A stretch of 63,309 bases of DNA, counting the filler, from Octopus bimaculoides (Eukaryota): the NCBI RefSeq assembly GCF_001194135.2. It is 6 parts of 6 records of this genome, joined end to end, with 100 filler letters (N's around TTAATTAATTAA, not from the genome) between each part and the next. Parts side by side here need not be neighbours in the genome. Positions count along the whole stretch, not along the records: positions 58,670 to 63,309 come from NC_069010.1; 5 more parts are not named here. The stretch is one strand, 5' to 3'. The position numbers and the translations under genes are program-made. The notes under the pieces were generated by a model. The model saw only the letters and a list, made by a program, of their open reading frames with translations, ran no database searches and was not told where the DNA came from. The first letter of the stretch is position 1. Every line of letters begins with the position of its first letter. This document shows positions 61,545 to 63,309 of the stretch, piece by piece.

Positions 61545-62010
61545 TAACTTTCTTTATTAGCCACACAGGGCTGAACACAGATGGGACAAATACAATGTAG
61601 AGTTTTTCTTTTCGATGGGGGCCAGAAAAAAAAAAAATTAAAAAAACAAAAGTAGGGACAACGATCAAAAGGGATCGAAGACGTTTGGGGTGTGTACAAG
61701 AAAGATAAATATATACAAAAAGTTCCCAAGGAATGGGGAGGTTTATCCGTGGAAAGGAAGACCTACGAAAAGACCACGGTAACCTCAGGCAATAATGTTA
61801 CATGTTAATAGATTTAATTACACAAGGTAAGTAACTTTCTGCTTTAAAATTTTTCCATTTCATAGGATCAAGCTGAAGGTCGCTTCGTCATTTATACGTG
61901 CCGTCCTTGCTACATTCACCCATCTTTTTTGGAAACATTCATTAGACAACACTTGCCTCTCGACTCTCACCTTCCTTTTCAAGTGATACTTGAAAAAGTT
62001 GATGAGAGAA
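61545..62010 (-). mobile_element. 3' end of a second L1/Tx1-type LINE (ORF2 C-terminus, 3' UTR, AATAAA) in a C2CD3 intron, sense to C2CD3
   Basis: Minus frame LINFFKYHLKRKVRVERQVLSNECFQKRWVNVAR..* resembles a Tx1 ORF2 end. AATAAA at 61558-61553. Confidence 0.7.
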
Positions 62011-62054
62011 AGGAAATATAGATAGATAAGATATGCAGGTAGATAGAAGTGAAG

Positions 62055-62375
62055 ACACGTGGCTTAGTGGTTAGGGTATTTGGCTCATAAATTGTAAGGT
62101 CAAGGGTTCGATTCCCAGTGACGTGTTGTGTCCTTGAGCAAGACACTTTATGTCATGTTGTTCCAGTTCCCACTGCTGGTAAAAACGAGTTGTGCCTGTA
62201 ATTCAAAGGGGCCAGCCTTGTCACACTCTGTGTCACGCTGAATCTCCCTAAGAACTACGTTAAAGATACATGTGTCTGTGGAGTGCTCAGCCACTTGCAC
62301 GTTAATTTCACGAGCAGGCTGTTCCATTGATCAGATCAACTGGAACCCTCGTCATTGTAACCAACAGAGTGGTAG
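62055..62375 (+). mobile_element. CORE-type tRNA SINE. Related copies about 8085-8310(+), 8500-8760(-), 11955-12230(-), 31428-31600(+)
   Basis: TGGCTTAGTGG and GGTTCGATTCC boxes, followed by the CORE-like GTGTTGTGTCCTTGAGCAAGACACTT. Confidence 0.8.
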
Positions 62376-62653
62376 TCATATACAGATAGACACACATATA
62401 TATAGACAGACAGGCAGATAGGTAGATAGATGTGTGTGTGTGTGTTTGTCTTTTTTTGTTTGTCTCCCACTACTGCTGGACAACCAGTGTTGGTTTGTTT
62501 ACATCTCTATTAATTAGCGGTTTGGCAAGATACTAAAGCACTAGACTTAGATAGGTACTAGGGTCGATTTCATTCAACTACACTCTTCAAGATGATGCCT
62601 CCAGCATGGCCACAGTCCACAGAATGAAACAGATGAAAAGTGATAATTCTTAC

Positions 62654-62707
62654 CTGTTTCACATGGGTTTTATAGCTGATAACGACATTCAGATCTCCAG
62701 AGGTTAC
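62654..62707 (-). CDS. C2CD3: C2CD3 coding exon (54 nt): VTSGDLNVVISYKTHVKQ
   Basis: Acceptor tttactttcag|GTA and donor CAG|gtaaga, after a 120-nt intron. SGDLNVVISY resembles human SGLLDVGLRY. Confidence 0.8.
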
Positions 62708-62827
62708 CTGAAAGTAAAAAAACAACAATACAGTAATATATACACACATATATGAGACAGTGCCAGGAACAGATTTGAGAAGGGGTAGGGGTGGAGAGGA
62801 AAATGCAAAGAAAAGAAAAGCACTCAC

Positions 62828-62947
62828 CGATTCACTGGTTTGTGTATCAGTCGTTACCATGGTGAGAGGGAGTTTGAATTTCTGCGTCAAGGGTTCTTGC
62901 TTGTACATTGAAATCATTGCACACAGCTTCACTAGGGGCAACATTGC
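62828..62947 (-). CDS. C2CD3: C2CD3 coding exon (120 nt, phase 0/0): AMLPLVKLCAMISMYKQEPLTQKFKLPLTMVTTDTQTSES
   Basis: Acceptor ctttcctag|GCA and donor TCG|gtgagt. Peptide resembles human C2CD3 [29 protein letters not shown] (recalled from memory). In frame with the next four exons. Confidence 0.85.
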
Positions 62948-62950
62948 CTA

Positions 62951-62990
<40 letters not shown>

Positions 62991-63036
62991 GAAAAGAAAT
63001 ATATTTGCACTGAAGCACAAGGTACATATTTATACA

Positions 63037-63120
63037 ATACTAGCAGAAATACCCGGCTTTGCCCGGGTTAAAGAGAATAATGAAATCTAAAAACGCCGTC
63101 TAGACTACGCAACCCTCAAC
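63037..63120 (+). mobile_element. Helitron-like 5' terminus (truncated)
   Basis: TACTAGCAGAAATACCCGGCTTTGCCCGGGT, a Lep1-like start with a subterminal hairpin. Confidence 0.5.
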
Positions 63121-63309
63121 TGTTAGTAGCTACGATACCATATTTCTACATTAATAACTCTCCAATCCATGCCAGCATGGAACATAGACATTAAGTGGAG
63201 TGCCAGTCTCTCATCTAGGAGGGCCTTGAAATCAATGTTACCAACTGGGGACTATGTGTGTCGTAGTGATAATAAAAAGACCCAAAGGAGGTCTGCAACG
63301 AAATAATTT

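Noticed and set aside
124-63090. Most short ORFs in the track with YIYI, HTHT, CVCV, LSLS or ERER runs, or long X stretches
   Set aside because: Translations of microsatellites, SINEs or N gaps, with no domain content.

Overview
AT-rich, gap-containing animal genomic DNA, dense in microsatellites and SINEs. The repeat families and the style of the C2H2 array suggest an octopus/coleoid genome (inference). Host genes: (1) five in-frame, canonically spliced minus-strand exons of C2CD3 (62947-59061); (2) one plus-strand exon of ABHD11 (35829-35973, HGLFGS motif), with no further exons recognisable; (3) a 15-finger C2H2 zinc-finger ORF (22104-20779, minus) whose N-terminal region and downstream fingers are decayed. 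Mobile DNA: a near full-length but frame-disrupted L1/Tx1-type LINE (about 36.3-41.7 kb) and a second Tx1 3' end; RTE, CR1/L2 and R4/Dong-like fragments; a DD37D (maT) Tc1/mariner; a TIR-complete deleted DD34D mariner with an empty-site paralogue 3.6 kb away; Helentron/HINE-like elements; several modular tRNA-derived SINE families; and a Penelope-like GIY-YIG remnant with inverted terminal arms. The most striking signal is four sequence-unrelated families of type I hammerhead-ribozyme-like motifs (6866-6932 minus; 7458-7494 plus and 23701-23735 minus; 33863-33991 plus; 58320-58397 minus). They have (near-)palindromic helix III, lie about 95-225 nt upstream of a (TA)n tract, and one carries an 86-nt rod-like insertion in helix II. 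All folding and homology calls were made by eye. Repeat boundaries are approximate; exon and ribozyme coordinates were counted base by base.
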